A stretch of DNA of 64,000 bases from assembly GCF_009914755.1 (NCBI RefSeq), contig NC_060926.1; one strand, written 5' to 3'. The notes below the pieces were generated by a model. That model was not told the origin of the DNA, did no database searches, and saw only the letters and a program-made list of their open reading frames with translations. Position 1 is the stretch's first letter. Each line of letters opens with the position of its first letter. Position numbers and translations under genes: made by a program. Source of the DNA: the human T2T-CHM13v2.0 reference genome, Homo sapiens. Of the stretch, positions 29,376 through 44,314 are shown piece after piece.

Positions 29376-30999
29376 GAATAATTATTTGAACCCTGAATTG
29401 AGAGTGGCGAATACTCCTCCTCCGTTTCTGCTTCACCCTGCAGCATGAAGGAATGATTTTGAGAGAGACAGAGGAGAGGTGAAAGGACTTCCAGGAGAAT
29501 AAAATAGCTTTGTTTTCATCCCAGTGAGACTTGAAAAGTCGGGTTTAAGATGCCTAGATGTAAAATCCATGTGGATTACCACGCTTGCAACATTCACTCC
29601 ACTTTTGTTTAGCACTAAGCCTCAGGTCGGCGTGTGAAGTTTATCTTCAACATTTTGCTTTCTTTTAAACAAATGTGGCTTTTCCCTCATTTCACCTAGC
29701 TCCGGTCCTCAGACATCATGTCCTTTATTTTCCGACTATTATAACATTCCTGTAAGAGATACTGATATTTCAATTAATAAGCCTTGCAGTTCAAAAAAGT
29801 TGAAAAACAAAATGATAGCTGATGTTGAATTTTGGGGTGCTATAGCAGATTATGCAATAAATATTTCTTGCCAGAGGGATGAGAAGGAAATCATCACACC
29901 ATATAAATGCAGCCTACGCTTAGGCAACATAGGTAAATTAACCATGGCTGTATTGGAATGTGACCAGTTCACTCTTCCTGATTTCAAATCTCCTTAAAAT
30001 TATGACTCAAAAAAACTCTCAAAAGGAATAGACTGCTGTAATATCCTGTTCTCATTACCCGTCGCACATTGAAAATTGAAGGCAGGAAGAGAAGGCAGCA
30101 AGATCTCTTAGCCTCTCATCAGGCCATCTCCACCACACTACATTCCTTTTATAAACACTCCTGTCCCTCTGTGGGTGTTCTTCAGGTATTCATCACATTT
30201 TCCTTTCTAAATCTTGGCTTTTTTGTTTGTGCTGGCTCAGTTTGTTTACTGTGTAGGGTGGGGCATATTTATGCAGCTCAAGAAACATTTTGACAGATTT
30301 CTAGATAACAAGGAACATTCTAAATATATACAAGTCTCGCTTTCTTTTTTTTTTTTTTAAACCCAAGTATGCTCCTATTTCCAGACCCACTTCCTCTGGT
30401 TCTCTTTAATTTCTTCCACTGAGTTTTATGCTCATCTTTCCTCACATCTTTGGATGTGGAGGGTGGAGTCAGGTTGGAGAAGCAATTTGAGAATGTACCT
30501 TTCTTGCAAGTCACTAAGGTATCTTTTTTTTTTTGGAGGTCAACATTGAGAGAGAATGAAGGAAGAGGAAAATACCAGCAAGTATGGGTGAACTTCATCT
30601 TTTATGACATTGTCATGGATTATTAGGTTAAAAGGTTTAAAAGACCTTGAGATAAATCAAATTGAATTGCAAATTTAAAACAGAGTCCAGTAACTTAATT
30701 AATCTCATGTGATGCCACTTAAACATTGGAAAAGAAGAGCACCATTTGTCAATATGGTTCCATTCATTTGTCTATATATATGTTAACCTATTTTAAAATT
30801 AATTAATCTTTTAAATTTATATTTCTCTGTATAAATAACATAACAGCTTTTAAAATTGCTTTCTATTTGAGAAGCAGGGAAAAAGATAAACTTTTGCATT
30901 GGGTTTGAATAGCTGAATCAAGAATCAGTTTCTTTAAATATTTCCCAAATAAGCAAATAGCAACATTCAATTGTGTAAGTACTAATAACACACTGCCAC

Positions 31000-31300
31000 A
31001 ATCACATATGAGCCTTTGCCATGTGTGGAATGCTGCATTAAAGTGGGGTGGATGCAGAGGTGAAAAGCAGAGCCCTGGCCCTGTGGGAGACCAGTCTGGA
31101 GGAAGCAACATACAAGTGGATAGAGCATAGCATGGTAAGTCCTTTAATAGGGATTTAGACAAAGACATCTGGAGATGGGAGGAGACTCGCCACAGGCTTA
31201 CTGGACAGGAGGGTAAGGCCACTTTCAGATCACAGAAGGGACAGTCATATTTACATATAAGTCTGGAGAGTAAAATGGACTAGGTCATGGAAAAGTGGAA
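31000..31300 (-). mobile_element. L2 fragment
   Basis: cagagccctggccctgtgggagaccagtctgg..catggtaagtcctttaataggg; diverged. Confidence 0.45.
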
Positions 31301-31589
31301 TACGTGGCTCATACCATGATCATTCCTCCTGCTCATGCACACTTGTGAAGCATTTAAGATGATGCTGTAATGTGGGCAGTTAAATTCTGCATGGACCATC
31401 ACAAAGAACTTTGCTGCCATGCAAAGACTAAATAGGTCTCATTAATGGGACTATGTAGATAATATCACTTTCCAAAGCATTTGAAGCCCTTGTTCATTTG
31501 ATTCCAATTTAAAATTTCTGCTTCACATCTTTGTCTTTCTTCTTAATAATATTACCTTTAAAACAGAATAAATCCCAACCAAAATTACA

Positions 31590-33052
31590 TGTTTTAAAGT
31601 TAGATTTTATATTTTAGAACAGGTTTGGATTTGTAGAAAAATTCTGAAGATAGTACAGAGAGTTTTCATATACCCCATATCCAGTTTTCCCTATTATTTA
31701 TGTCTCATGTTAGTATGGCACAGTTATAATTGGTAAATCAATAGTTGTATAAAACAGTTCTTGCATTGCTATAAAGAAATACCTGAGACTGGGTAATTTA
31801 TAAAGAAAAGAGGTTTAATTGGCTTATAGTTCCACAGGCTGTACAGGAAGCATGATGCTAGCACCTGCTCGGCTTCTGGGGAGGCCTCAGAAAACTTGCA
31901 GTCATGGCAGAAGGTGAAGGGGGAGCCAGCACTTTCCATGGCTGGAGTAGGAGGAAGAGAGGGAGGAGGGGGTGCTACACACTGTTAAACAACCAGATCT
32001 CACAATAACTCCCTCACACACTATCAGGAGAACAGCACTGAGTGGGTGGTGCTAACCCATTCATGAAGGATCCACCCCTATGATCCAATCACCTCCCACC
32101 AAGCCCCACCTCCAACACTGGGGATTACAATTGTACATGAGATTTGGATGGGGACACAGATCCACGCCTTATCAATATGTATACGTTGTTATTAACTAAA
32201 GCCCATATTTTCTTGGTATCTATTTAGTTTTTTTCCTAATGTCTTCTCTTCTATTCTAGGAATCTATCCAGCATACCACATTATGTGTGGTTTCATGTCT
32301 CCTTAGGCTCCTCTGGGATGTGACAATTTCTCAGACGTCCCTTGTTTGTGATGACCTTAAACGTTTTGAGGAATACTGGTTAGGTATTTTCTAGAATATC
32401 CCTGTACCGGGATTTGACTGATGTTTTTCTCAGGATTATATTGAGGTAGTGGATTTTTGGAAGAAAGACAGCAGAGATAAAGTAACATTTCATCCCATGA
32501 TACGAGGGGCACATACTACCAATATGGTTTATCGCTGTTAATTTTGACCTTGATCACCTGGCTGAGGTAGTAGTTTTGGAGATTCTTCACTGTAAAGTTA
32601 TCCTTTTTTTACTCCGTTTCCATACTGTACTCTTTGGAAGGAAGTCACTGTGTGTAGTACCCATTTAAAGAGTGGGAAGCTGCACTCTACTTCCTTGAAG
32701 GAAATGTCCTGTACACACATAAATCATTTGAAATTCTTTTGCACAGATTTGTTTCTCCTCCTCCATTGATTTATCTGTTCATTTATTTTCATCATTATAG
32801 ACACATGGATATTCATTTTATACTTTGGATTATAACTCAATACTATATTACTTACTTTGTTGCTCAAATAGTTCCTGTTTTGGCCTTTGGGAACTTTTTC
32901 CATTGACTCCTGTGTCCCATTGACATATTCCATTAATGTCAGGGTGTTGGTTTGTTTTAGAATATCTTTACTTTCTGGGACTACAAGATTCTCTAGGCTC
33001 ATTTTATGTATTTCTTGTCCCAGTCCTAGAACCAGCCTTTTCTCCAAGGAGC
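31590..33052 (-). mobile_element. L1MC/L1MD-type 3' region, split by MSTA
   Basis: gatagtacagagagtt, catgtctccttaggctcctct, cccagtcctagaaccagccttttctccaaggagc; resumes after the LTR. Confidence 0.88.
31746..32174 (-). mobile_element. MSTA solo LTR (ERVL-MaLR)
   Basis: gcattgctataaagaaatacctgagactggg..gagatttggatggggacacagatcc..atca; TG..CA ends; degenerate TSD atagt/atatg. Confidence 0.92.
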
Positions 33053-33989
33053 TCTCAAATATAATTTGAATTCCTATTTGAGTCAGTATTCTACAAAATA
33101 TATGTGTGAATAAGCATGTGGTTGCTAAAAATGGAGAAATCTATCTCCTTGCAAAAATGTGTGTACACCACGTCCATTAATGTAGGCGCTATCAGTATGC
33201 TAAGGTGTACACACTCCACTCATACTAATGCTAATAGGAATCTCAGGAAGTAAAAACAATTCCTCATTACTAGAATAGGCAGATGCCATTTTTATGGACT
33301 TGCTCTCCTTTGTTTTATGCCTAATGGAGTGTTCCCTGATGTTTTCTGAGATGAGATTTGTATTATCCCTTTATAAATGTGGAATTAATAATAGACTGGC
33401 AGCCTTCTTGACGCTTAGCTGTTTGCTTTACTTAAATCAAAGATTTTAAAAAAGATGTTTATAATACCTTACAGTTGTGTAGTGTAGTGCTTCAACATAT
33501 ACAATGTGCTTTTGTATAATTATTTGGCTTTTATAGAAAACTATGAAAGGTAACTAAAATAGTTTATTTTGGAGGAAAGTGTGGATTACAGAGGAGCAGG
33601 GTTCCCATGTTAAGTGTCCTTCCCCTTTACAAAACTAAGTCATGACCTGAGCCTTTTTTTAGGGTGTCCTATGAAGTTTTGTTAGAATAGCAACGGGCCT
33701 CATTTTTTCCATTTGCCCATCTATCCTGTTTGCCCTAACTAAAATACAGAGACCATGCAACCTTATAACTTGATGGAAAATTTTTACAAGATCTTTTTAT
33801 ACCAATGTTTTTACAAAATGCTTGGTATCTTTGTTTTTAATAATTTTAAACTCGTGTTATTGATCCTTATGTAATAACAGTTTTGTACTCAAACCAAGCT
33901 TGCCTTTAATCTTGTCTGTCTCCAGCTTCTCTCCCTCTCCCAGACAGCTGACCACACAAATCTGACTGTTTTGTTTTAGATTCCTTCAA

Positions 33990-34430
33990 GTGTTCACTAA
34001 TTCCTTTAGAGTAAGTCCCTGGAAATGATGTACAGGTCTCTTTATGACCTTGCCTCTTCACTCCTGTCCTGCCTTGCCTCCGGCCACAGCCTTCTTTTTT
34101 CCATGCTGCAGCAATGCTGAGCTGCATTCAGTTCTTTGAAAATAATACGTGGTTTCTGGCCTCTATGTTTTGTTCTGCAGTGTTATTTACATAGAGGCGT
34201 TTCTTCGTCCGCCTTCCTGCCAGTTCTAAATCCTTTTAGCTGTGCTTCTTTGAGACTGAGAATGCATTTTATATACCTATATATGTGATATCTGTAATTC
34301 CTTCTAGCTAGACTGCGGAGCCCTTGAGGGCAGGGCCCATGTCCTATTTGTCTTCCAGGAGCATTCTGATCTGTCTTCTATTTGAATTTTAGAAGACTCC
34401 TAGTCAATGGTGAATCAGTGAGTAAATAAT
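33990..34430 (+). mobile_element. L2 3' fragment
   Basis: ctagactgcggagcccttgagggcagggcccatgtc terminal motif. Confidence 0.6.
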
Positions 34431-34489
34431 CTTTCTGATTTAAAAATAAGCATCATTGGCTTAATTTTAGCCACATTGAACAAAATTAT

Positions 34490-34900
34490 AAATTCATTCA
34501 CTGACTCACACCTTCATTCTAGACTCTAATAAAATGCTTGCTGTCTGTCTTCCAGGTCATTTATTAGGCTCTTTTAGTTCAAGATAAGCTAATACAGTCC
34601 CTGTTTATATGAAAAATGTTGTCAAATGAAAAAGAAAGTTATTTAAAAAATTGTAACTTGTAAGTTCCCTGAGATTGATATGGACAATGACATTAGAACA
34701 CAGAGAAGGAAATAGCTGACACTTCCTGTCACAGCTAGGGAAGACTGTACAGAAGAAATGAATGGCATCTGTAAGTTGAGGGATGAGTGAGATTTTGCTA
34801 GAGAAATATCAGGGGTAGATTCCAGAAAGAGGGTTTGGCAGACCTGAAGGCACAGAATGTGAATGGGCACGTGAACTTTGAACACTGTGGGGTGGGGGCA
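34490..34900 (-). mobile_element. L2 3' fragment
   Basis: attcattcactgactca tail; cagggaagactgtacagaagaaatg..tccagaaagagggtttggcaga. Confidence 0.55.
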
Positions 34901-34925
34901 GAAACTGTGGAGGAGAAAACACTGA

Positions 34926-35409
<484 letters not shown>

Positions 35410-37250
35410 AAAAATTCTTCTATGATAAGTTGTATTTGCCTCAGTTTATCTGCTTGTTCCCAGTGCTCTTATTTCTACAAGAATGGACAACTGTTAGCAC
35501 CAATCTTTCTTTTTCTTTCATGCATTTAGACTTTCTAAGTAGTAGCTATGACTTTGATATGCCAAAATACTCATCATATTTTCTTCCAGAATAGATCAAT
35601 TGAAATCCTTGTAAAATGTGTTAAAATATAAAAATGTCAAGATAAATTGAGAAATTGGTTCTTAGTGGGGCAAACTTAAGATTACATTCTTCACAAACTT
35701 GTCCTGGTCTATAACATTTTCCCTCCTAAAACTTTATATTCTTGCCTGAACTTCAAAAAGGAGCCTGATCTGCAAGATAATTTTAAGAACAGTTTTATTA
35801 ATTCCTTTCTCAATAGGCTGTCATGACAAAATACCCAACACCTCAGTTGTGGCAGAACTAGATGCACTCTTTCTGTTGAGTGTTTTCTGTGGGACAGTAA
35901 AGATACCAGCAATGCTGTCAAACAGTATACAAATATTTATTAAACTTGTACTCTGTGCAACATTCTGAGATCTGTGTTACTTTAAACAAATTAACTACCA
36001 AATTCTAAACACCCTAGGTCAGATTTTGAGGAAGGTTTACAGTTTTGGATTTTTCATTAAGAGAAAAAATACCAAGCAGGATAAGAATGTTCAAAGGTTA
36101 GAATTTCAGGAAATTGCTATGTGCACAATATAAAAATTATGTGATAAGCATTGAATTTATGATCTGTATTCTACATTGCATCCTTTCTGGTATAATTACC
36201 AATGGGAGCTATGTTGTACTTTCATTATCCTTGGTAGGTATACTGAAGCTATCATTTTATTCTTTTTTATGTATAAATTTGTCACATTTTATTTTCAAAA
36301 CCAAACTTAAAATGATTTTAATTGACTTCCAACAGGCGATCTTAGGAAAAGATTCTCCCATGCTTTCATCCATGTAATACCCACAAGGCAACTCATTTCC
36401 AAATACAGCTAAAGCTAGAATTGTTATAGAGCCTCTGAGAGCTTGAAATGGCTATCATTTGCCTTCTGAATCTGAGGCCATCAGCAGCCTATTACTAAAT
36501 ATTTAATTCTTAAAAGCCAGTTGGTCCTCTTAGACCATGGCAGTCTAAGAACCAATGAAAAGGAAGTAGGAAGTAGAAGTAAGGCACAAGATGGCTGCAG
36601 GAGATATGAGAGCAGGCTGCCTGATGAGCAGAGGCAGAAACACATAAAATTTACACACCATCACTGCGTAGGACAAAGATGATCAAAACAATGATTCAGT
36701 CACTAAGAAAATAATTACACTATTTCTATTGTAATGCATATTTTAAAAGGCAGGAAAGTGGTTTGAATCCCACTTTTCAAAAGCATTTTTAAATTCTTGT
36801 TGACAATTAACTCTATGCACTACTCTATGTCCATTTCAGGTTAAACTATGAAGTCTGAGCATCTCACTTCAAATTTTGGAGTTTCCTTTTGGGTTTCAAT
36901 TGATAATCTTGAGATGATAAGCTTTGCCTCAACTTACAGTACTTCTGTGAAAAAATATATTTTATGTATCAAAAATTGTCACTGGATGATAATGCTCACA
37001 TTATGTAAAAATAGGTCTCAAAACATATTTTTGTGTGGCAAAAATAAAAAAATTAAAGTAGTTTAAATGCTTTTTTTAGTATATGCTTATAATGTATTAT
37101 TTTATCTTTAAGTTTTACATTTAGTCCCACAGCTTATTATGTTGATTTTTGCCTTGAAAAAGTTTACTCTGTGATTGTAGGAATTAGTCTGGATCTTTTA
37201 GAACAGTTCTTAATATCTCTAAAGTTATCTATAAATCAAGGATTTTGAAC

Positions 37251-37264
37251 TTTTTTTTTTCTTT

Positions 37265-37306
<42 letters not shown>

Positions 37307-37444
37307 AGACGGAGTCTCGCTTTGTCTCCTGGCTCACTGCAAGCTCTGCCTCCCAGGTTCACGCCATTCTCCTGCCTCAGCCTCCTGAGTAGCTGGGACT
37401 ACAGGTGCCCGCTACCACGCCCGACTAATTTTTTTTTTTTGTAT
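37251..37444 (-). mobile_element. 5'-truncated AluY right arm with an internal deletion and a very long tail
   Basis: gcaagctc and cacgccattc diagnostics; T39 run at 37267-37305; flanking tgaactt direct repeat. Confidence 0.93.
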
Positions 37445-38966
37445 GAACTTCTATAATAGAAAAAAGGGACCAAAAGAGAAATCCTCTCCTACTGTCTGTT
37501 CATCTTTTTTAAAAATGCAAGCAAGAAGTACTTGTTCCTGCCTTTGATGTTATTGAAGAAATAATATATGTAAAAATCAGGAGAATGGAGGGAAAGAGCA
37601 TTGGATCTGTGATTTCATACACTGCACTCATTTATGCTTTAAGTCCTGATGGTTAATGAAGTCAATCAGAACCCCCCCACCCCAAACCTCCTAACTCTAC
37701 CATTATTCCTTGATGTAATTCCCTCTTTGTGCAATAAGTTAATTAGTACTTTTACAATAATTTTCTTCAAAATACTTTTCTATTAATCTTTCTCAATTAT
37801 GTATGGCTGTAGTATCTTGCTTATGCTATTTTCTTCAACATTTTAATTTTTCTACTATTAACAAACTTAATTGGATTTTAAATAACACATCTGTAAATCC
37901 TACCACGAAGAAATATGGAAGAGTGTTGTTTGCCAAAGATTCTTAGCCTATCTGATGTTGATCCCTGTATACTCCTTTGTACCAGTCTTACTCATCCTAA
38001 ACTTTGTAAAAATAATAATGGAATTAGTTTTTCTTTGGGCCTTTCTTAGAAGATGGTAGGCAGTGTCATTTGATTATTATTAATTAATTTTTTACAGTTA
38101 CTTGGGCATACAAATGTGTCCTAGACATAATGAAAACTTCTAGTCTACCTTCAAATTTTTAGAAAATTACTACGTGAATACTCATTTGTGTAAATGAAAA
38201 CGAAAACTCTCTTTTATGACCTCAAAGAACCTCAAAGAATGGCAAAATAGGTTTCAAGTTTCAGATATGTAAACATTGCTACATTAAACTGTTTGTTTTA
38301 AAGTAACATAAAATGTCATAAACTTACTTTTTTTGGATTAAGATACATTTTGTGAGAGCTGAACCATGATAAAAAGGAGAAACGCCTGATCGTCTTAATT
38401 TTTATGTGAATCGACTTTAATTAACATATAAATGTTTTGAAAAATATCACAGGGCCTCACTGGCAATGTCAAAGCTTTATTTCATTTTATTAAGATTAAT
38501 TAATTGTTGAATCACCACATGTCCCATGTTTTACTTATAAGGCCAAACCAAAGAATTCTTTGCATCTATATCAGCATCCTTAGCTTTTCAGACAGGCATT
38601 TTAATCTCTTCTGATCTCTGAGATAAATATATTTTTTCACGTAATTATGTAATTACTCAATAGACCAGAGCAGATCCCATGGAGCCACTGCAGTGTGTGC
38701 TGTATAAATAATGTTCTGTTCTACCCCTGATAATTGGCCAGTAGAGCCTCCTAGGAGAGTTTTTATCCCTTGAATAAACACTACATAGGCAAGGAGGGTT
38801 GACTCAGTATTTTCTTCATTGGCAATGAAACAGAAGCACTTCACACTCAGTGCTTATTAGATCATTTTAAAAAGAACACAGTGCTTATGACCCTACAGCT
38901 CCCTCTGCTGGTTCACAAAGTTTAAAAAGTACAAGTAGAAAATAATGTTTAAGAAGTGGAACCCTT

Positions 38967-39281
<315 letters not shown>

Positions 39282-39699
39282 TTAAACTAAGGGAATAAGC
39301 AACAGAAAGTCTTCTTATTTTTATGATTATTAAATTGTGAGCCACCTTACTCACCATCTGTCTTTAATCATCCAAGCATATGTATTCCTGTCGTGTCTTA
39401 CTTTTTGCAGTAAAAAGCAGGCTCTAGATAGAGTAGGCAGGTATTTTTTTCAGGACAACCGTAACCAAAGTGAGCTTCATGAGTCTATCAGCCCCACATT
39501 AACAGCTCTATTCCTTCATAAGGCAGATTATTATTCATAGGGGTCCTTAAGGTACCTTTACTCCATATGAAGGAGTGGCAAATGAAAGATGTAAAGAAAT
39601 GAACATCTTCTTCAGACTGACTAGTTAAAATCCTATGTATCTCATCTTTCTGATATTGATAACCACCTTCATTTGGTACGGGAAAAAATAGCAGAAAGA

Positions 39700-39895
39700 A
39701 GGAGAACTGGAGTAGGAGAAACGTGGGCTTGAATCCCAGCTCTGACAATTCAAATCTGTGTCGTCTTCTTCCAGTTATTTAACCTTTATACTCTTTCTTG
39801 TTCACATCTATAATTTGAAGATAACCTCAGAGAGTCATGTGAGTGAAAAATAAAGTAATATATGTATAGTGCCCAATATGTAGCAGGTGTGTTTT
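39700..39895 (+). mobile_element. MIR
   Basis: tgggcttgaatcccagctctg..agttatttaacct..catctataatttgaagataa. Confidence 0.7.
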
Positions 39896-40519
39896 AATTG
39901 TAGTAAACACTACTCCTGAGAAATCTGGGTTTCTGCCCCAACCAACAGAATGACACAGAGAATGTCAAAGAGAAATCATTTCCCTTCCAAACATTCTGAA
40001 AGTATGGCCAGGCAACATACAGTCAATCATATAAAATACATAGTTTTTATTTAAAGAAGTTAATGTGATGTGACTTTTCCATAGTTACACAATCTGCAAT
40101 CAAATTCTATTTATTTTTTGATATGGAGACAAGATCAGAAATATAGTTGACTCTACAGAATTGTAGGTTCCAGAAACCATTAAATCAGGCTATAAAAGAA
40201 GCTATGTAAACACTATATTCTGATGAAGAGGATTTAGATAATGAGTTGTAGAGGTTGTCACAGATTATTACAAATAAATTCACGTCTCTGATAGCTCTCT
40301 ATTGCTACTTACATAGCAGATGTGTTTATTTTAGTATATTAGGTTTTGACAAGACAGTAAACAATGGTTTTATAATCTAATAGCTAGATAAGGAAAAATG
40401 GTTTGAGCCTAATGTCTTACGTATTCTGAACAACAGTTTGCCTTCAGGTAATGCTGCGCTGTGTCTTGTTCCCTATACACAGGTTAGGTCATTCTTTATT
40501 ATCAGGTAATAAAAAATAA

Positions 40520-41195
40520 TAGAGGAAGTATAAGCAGTGGCTAAGTGCAAAAATCTGAAGCCTGAGAATCTCAGTTTGAATTCTAGTTCCATTTAACTGT
40601 CTGACCTTGAGAGAGTGGGTTGGATGCCTCATCTGTGCTTCATTTTCTTTGCTTCTAAAATGGAGGTAATAAAAGTGTGCACTTTGTATCAGTTTTCAAG
40701 GACTGCCTTAATAGATTCCCACAAACTTGGTACTTAACACAAAAGAAATGTTTCCTCTCACAGTTGGTGAAGCTAGATGTCTAAAAACCAAGGTATCAGT
40801 AGGGCCATGCTCCCACTGAAGGCTGTAGGGAAGATTCCTTCCTTGCCTCTTCCAGTTTCTGGTGGCCCCAGGTGTTCTTCAGCAAGTCCTCAGGTGTTTC
40901 TGGGAGTGGAACTCGTTTCTGTCTCACTCTTCCCGTGGCCTGCTCTTCTGTGTCTCTGTGTGTTGTTTCCTCTTCTTGTAAGTACATCAGTTATTGGATT
41001 TAGAATATTGGCTACTTCATCCTGTCGAGCCTCATTTTAATTACATCTGCAAAGGCCTTATTTTCAAATAAGGTCACATTCTGATGTTCCAAGTGGACAT
41101 GAATTTTTGGAGGACACTATTCAACCCAATACATACCTCACTGGTTTTGAGGATTAAATAGGTTGCTATACATAAAGCACTAGAACAATGCCTGT
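40520..41195 (+). mobile_element. MIR split by MLT1
   Basis: tttgaattctagttcc..tgaccttg..taaaatggaggtaataa, resuming as tacctcac..gaggattaaat..aaagcactagaacaatgcctg. Confidence 0.75.
40685..41133 (-). mobile_element. MLT1 (MLT1B-like) solo LTR
   Basis: ccacaaacttgg, agggccatgctccc, ttccagtttctggtggcccc, aataaggtcacattctga..ggacactattcaaccc..aca; TG..CA ends. Confidence 0.88.
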
Positions 41196-41249
41196 TGCAG
41201 AAGTTTTAGTTAAGGTGACTTCTAAAATGCCATGCATAGTTCAAGCCAT

Positions 41250-41590
41250 TTCCAGTTTCACCTAAGTTACAGATTTCCCATTGCATATCTTCTCGACAGC
41301 ACATCCCCCAATTGTCTGCTCTATCTTAAACTTAAGCCATCTAAAACTGCCTTTATGTTCATCCCCAAACGAAAACCAGGGGATCCTCCAATTCCTGTAA
41401 ATGGTATCACTATCCCCCATTTGCTCAGATTCAAAGCCTCAACATCATTTATAACGACTTCGTCTTCTTTGTTGCCATAACTAATCAACCTTTTGGTCCT
41501 GTAGAGTGGATCTTGAGAGAAGTTCACTTGTTATATTCTCATTTCTCCTTTTCCAGGTCAGGCTTTCTTTAACATTCACCCAGATAAAAA
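41250..41590 (+). mobile_element. L2 fragment
   Basis: tcttaaacttaagccatctaaaactg..gtaaatggtatcactatccccc; diverged. Confidence 0.5.
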
Positions 41591-41884
41591 GCAGAGTAAT
41601 ACCGTAACACAATACATCACGTAATACACATTCACACATATTTCAGATAGAAACAGAACTATATTTCCTCTAATTCAGACTATATGTCTATTTAATGACA
41701 ATGAGAAATATGAAATATCCAGTAAGTTGGCCTTATTTAGTGGCCCTGCATACAAGCTGACTCATTGCAGAAAAGGAGAAGCTTTAAGGGGGAAAAAAAA
41801 GGAAAATATTAACTGCTTCTAACCCACAACATTTAAATAAAGCCATTTTAATATGCATTGATTATGTTCAGCCATTTTATAGCT

Positions 41885-42060
41885 CTGGCCTCAGTTTTCT
41901 TATTGGTAAAATATGACCTTGAGAAAGTTATTTAAATTCCCTAATCATAAAGGTACATACTCATAAGGTTTTCATAAAAATGAAATGAAAAAACTGTATG
42001 TAAAATGCTTCAGCATAGTACTATGCCCCTCATCCATGGTCAAGAAATACTAGTCATTAG
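41885..42060 (+). mobile_element. MIR fragments
   Basis: gcctcagttttcttattggtaaaat, tgaccttgagaaagttatttaa, tatgtaaaatgcttcagcatagt. Confidence 0.55.
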
Positions 42061-44314
42061 ATATAATTTTAGCATCATATTGACATAAACTCTTTAAAAC
42101 TCTTACACTTATTTGGTTGCTACTTCATTTGATGATTAACTTCGTTTAAAGCATATTTCCAGGTTTGATTGCATTTTAACAAGAGAGTGAGGTTTGTGCT
42201 CAGTGTGTGCAGTTGTTGGGAAGAATTTGGTTTCTACATCTTTAGCTGCTATTGGGCAAATGGAGAGGTAAGTAGTATACTCTTTCTGAGCATAGTGCCA
42301 ACTGGTGTCCATATTTATACAAAAGGGGGTTAAAGGGAACGAGAAAAAGCACACAGTAAGCATTCAACAAATAGCGGCTATCAGTATTGTATAATTTTTT
42401 TTCAAGTTTCAGTTTCCGGGTGAATACAAATGAGTGCCTTAACCTCTTTTCAGTCTTCTTTCAAAGAGAAGATTCAATACATTGCAGTTGCAGTAGTTAT
42501 AGAAAGTAGCTAAACAGAGAAGAGTAGAAAATTGTGATAGAAAATTTGAAATCCTTATATTTCTTTTGCTAGATTAATCAACATATATTCAGCACCTATT
42601 GAGTGTTGATTCTGAAAAGCATTGATCAGATAAAAGTGATCATTTAGTAAAGCAAATGAGAGAAACTTAATTCTAAAATACAGCTATCAGAGTTAACTTA
42701 CAAATGAACTTTGATAACTTCTGGATGCATTTTGTAAAAAAAAAGTATTGTGTCATATTAAAATATGTCATAATAAAAACTCCTGCACTTAGCAGGAATT
42801 ACATTAACTATGTCTAATGTGTGCGGTTGAAAAGCCACTTCAACCACTCATCACGTACACCTCATATCCTGCCTGCATAAAAGGCTGTGCCCATTTCACT
42901 ATGGATATAGATTTGTTTATCCTGCATATTACCAATTCCTTATGTCCACATAAAAAGTCATAAATATCAGGGAGAAAAGCTTCATGTGCAGAAACTTTGT
43001 AGTTAATGGGAAAGCAAATACCAAGTTCTGACTACATACCTCCCTATGCCTATTTTTTTTTAAAAAAGGTCTTTTTTATTCCTGAAGCTTAAAGAAATAA
43101 ACAAAAGCTATTGCTTTGACAAAGCAGACACCAACATAATGAGATTTGAGCAGGATTCTGTATTTCCCTTTATCTACCACTCTGTTTTCCATAAGGGGAC
43201 ACAAAGACATTTTTTGCACTTAATCTTGTGAGCTAGTTAGGAATTCTCACTTCACCCATGCAAAGAATAGAAACAAACTCATAAAGCAAAAGATGAATGC
43301 ATGCATGTGAAATTGGAAGTCATTTGCATTTAAAGTGATAGAACTTAGGTAAACAGAGGGGATGCATTTAGGATAATATTTTCTTTCAGGACTCAAAGTT
43401 CTCAAAAGAAAATATCTCACCTGGTTTTCAAGCAGGTTTCAAATTATGTTTGACAAACATGGGACATCGTCTCTAAAGCATGTGTGCACGTGTCTGGCAT
43501 AAAATCAAGGGTGGAAAGTTACCCTGAAGGTCAAACGGACAAGGTTTTCTGAGTTTCTGCTTGGCCTGGTAAGACAGCCTTGGTCATGGAGGAGGCCTGA
43601 TTCTGAAGACTGGGTCAATTCTGTCACTTGCGTTTGTTTACTGCCCTGCCTTCGCTGGCTCTGCATCTGAGTCGCGGAAGAACATAGACTCAATAAGTAC
43701 TGAATATATGTTGATTATTCCAGCAATAGAAATATAAGAATTTCAAGATTGATCTATTTTAACAAAAGCACTGTTAAACATTGAAGACCTAAGTAATATT
43801 ACTAGAGGATCTCTCTGATCAACTATAACATACAGGCAGAAAGGGCATCCTTTCCTGTGTTGCCCCAGACCACCCTTTGACTTGGTCACAGAAGGATTCC
43901 AGTTAGCAATGCTTTATGGAGCAAAAAGGTACCTGTTGGGAAGCTGCAACACTTGGTGGAGTCTAATAATACCCAGCGGGAGACCACGGTACCCGGTGGG
44001 ATAGAATCAACACAGCCCAACTGGAATACAGATATTTGGGAACACTGTTAGATATGTATACTCAGAAAAGCCTTGGGACATGACCAGAGCATAATAGATT
44101 CTTAAAGGGGCCTTAGGTGAGTCCTAGAGTCAAAAAGAAGTTTGAGGTATTTGTGATATTAGAATCTCATAAATTCTCCAGGCTGCTAAAGTCTAGAAGT
44201 CAAGTTACAAAAGAAAGATTAGATTATTGTCATACTTTCAATTGTGTACAAGTTTTTGGTTTCAGTCTTCAAAACAAAGATTTGAATAATTAGGTTGAAA
44301 GTGAATTTTTTCAT

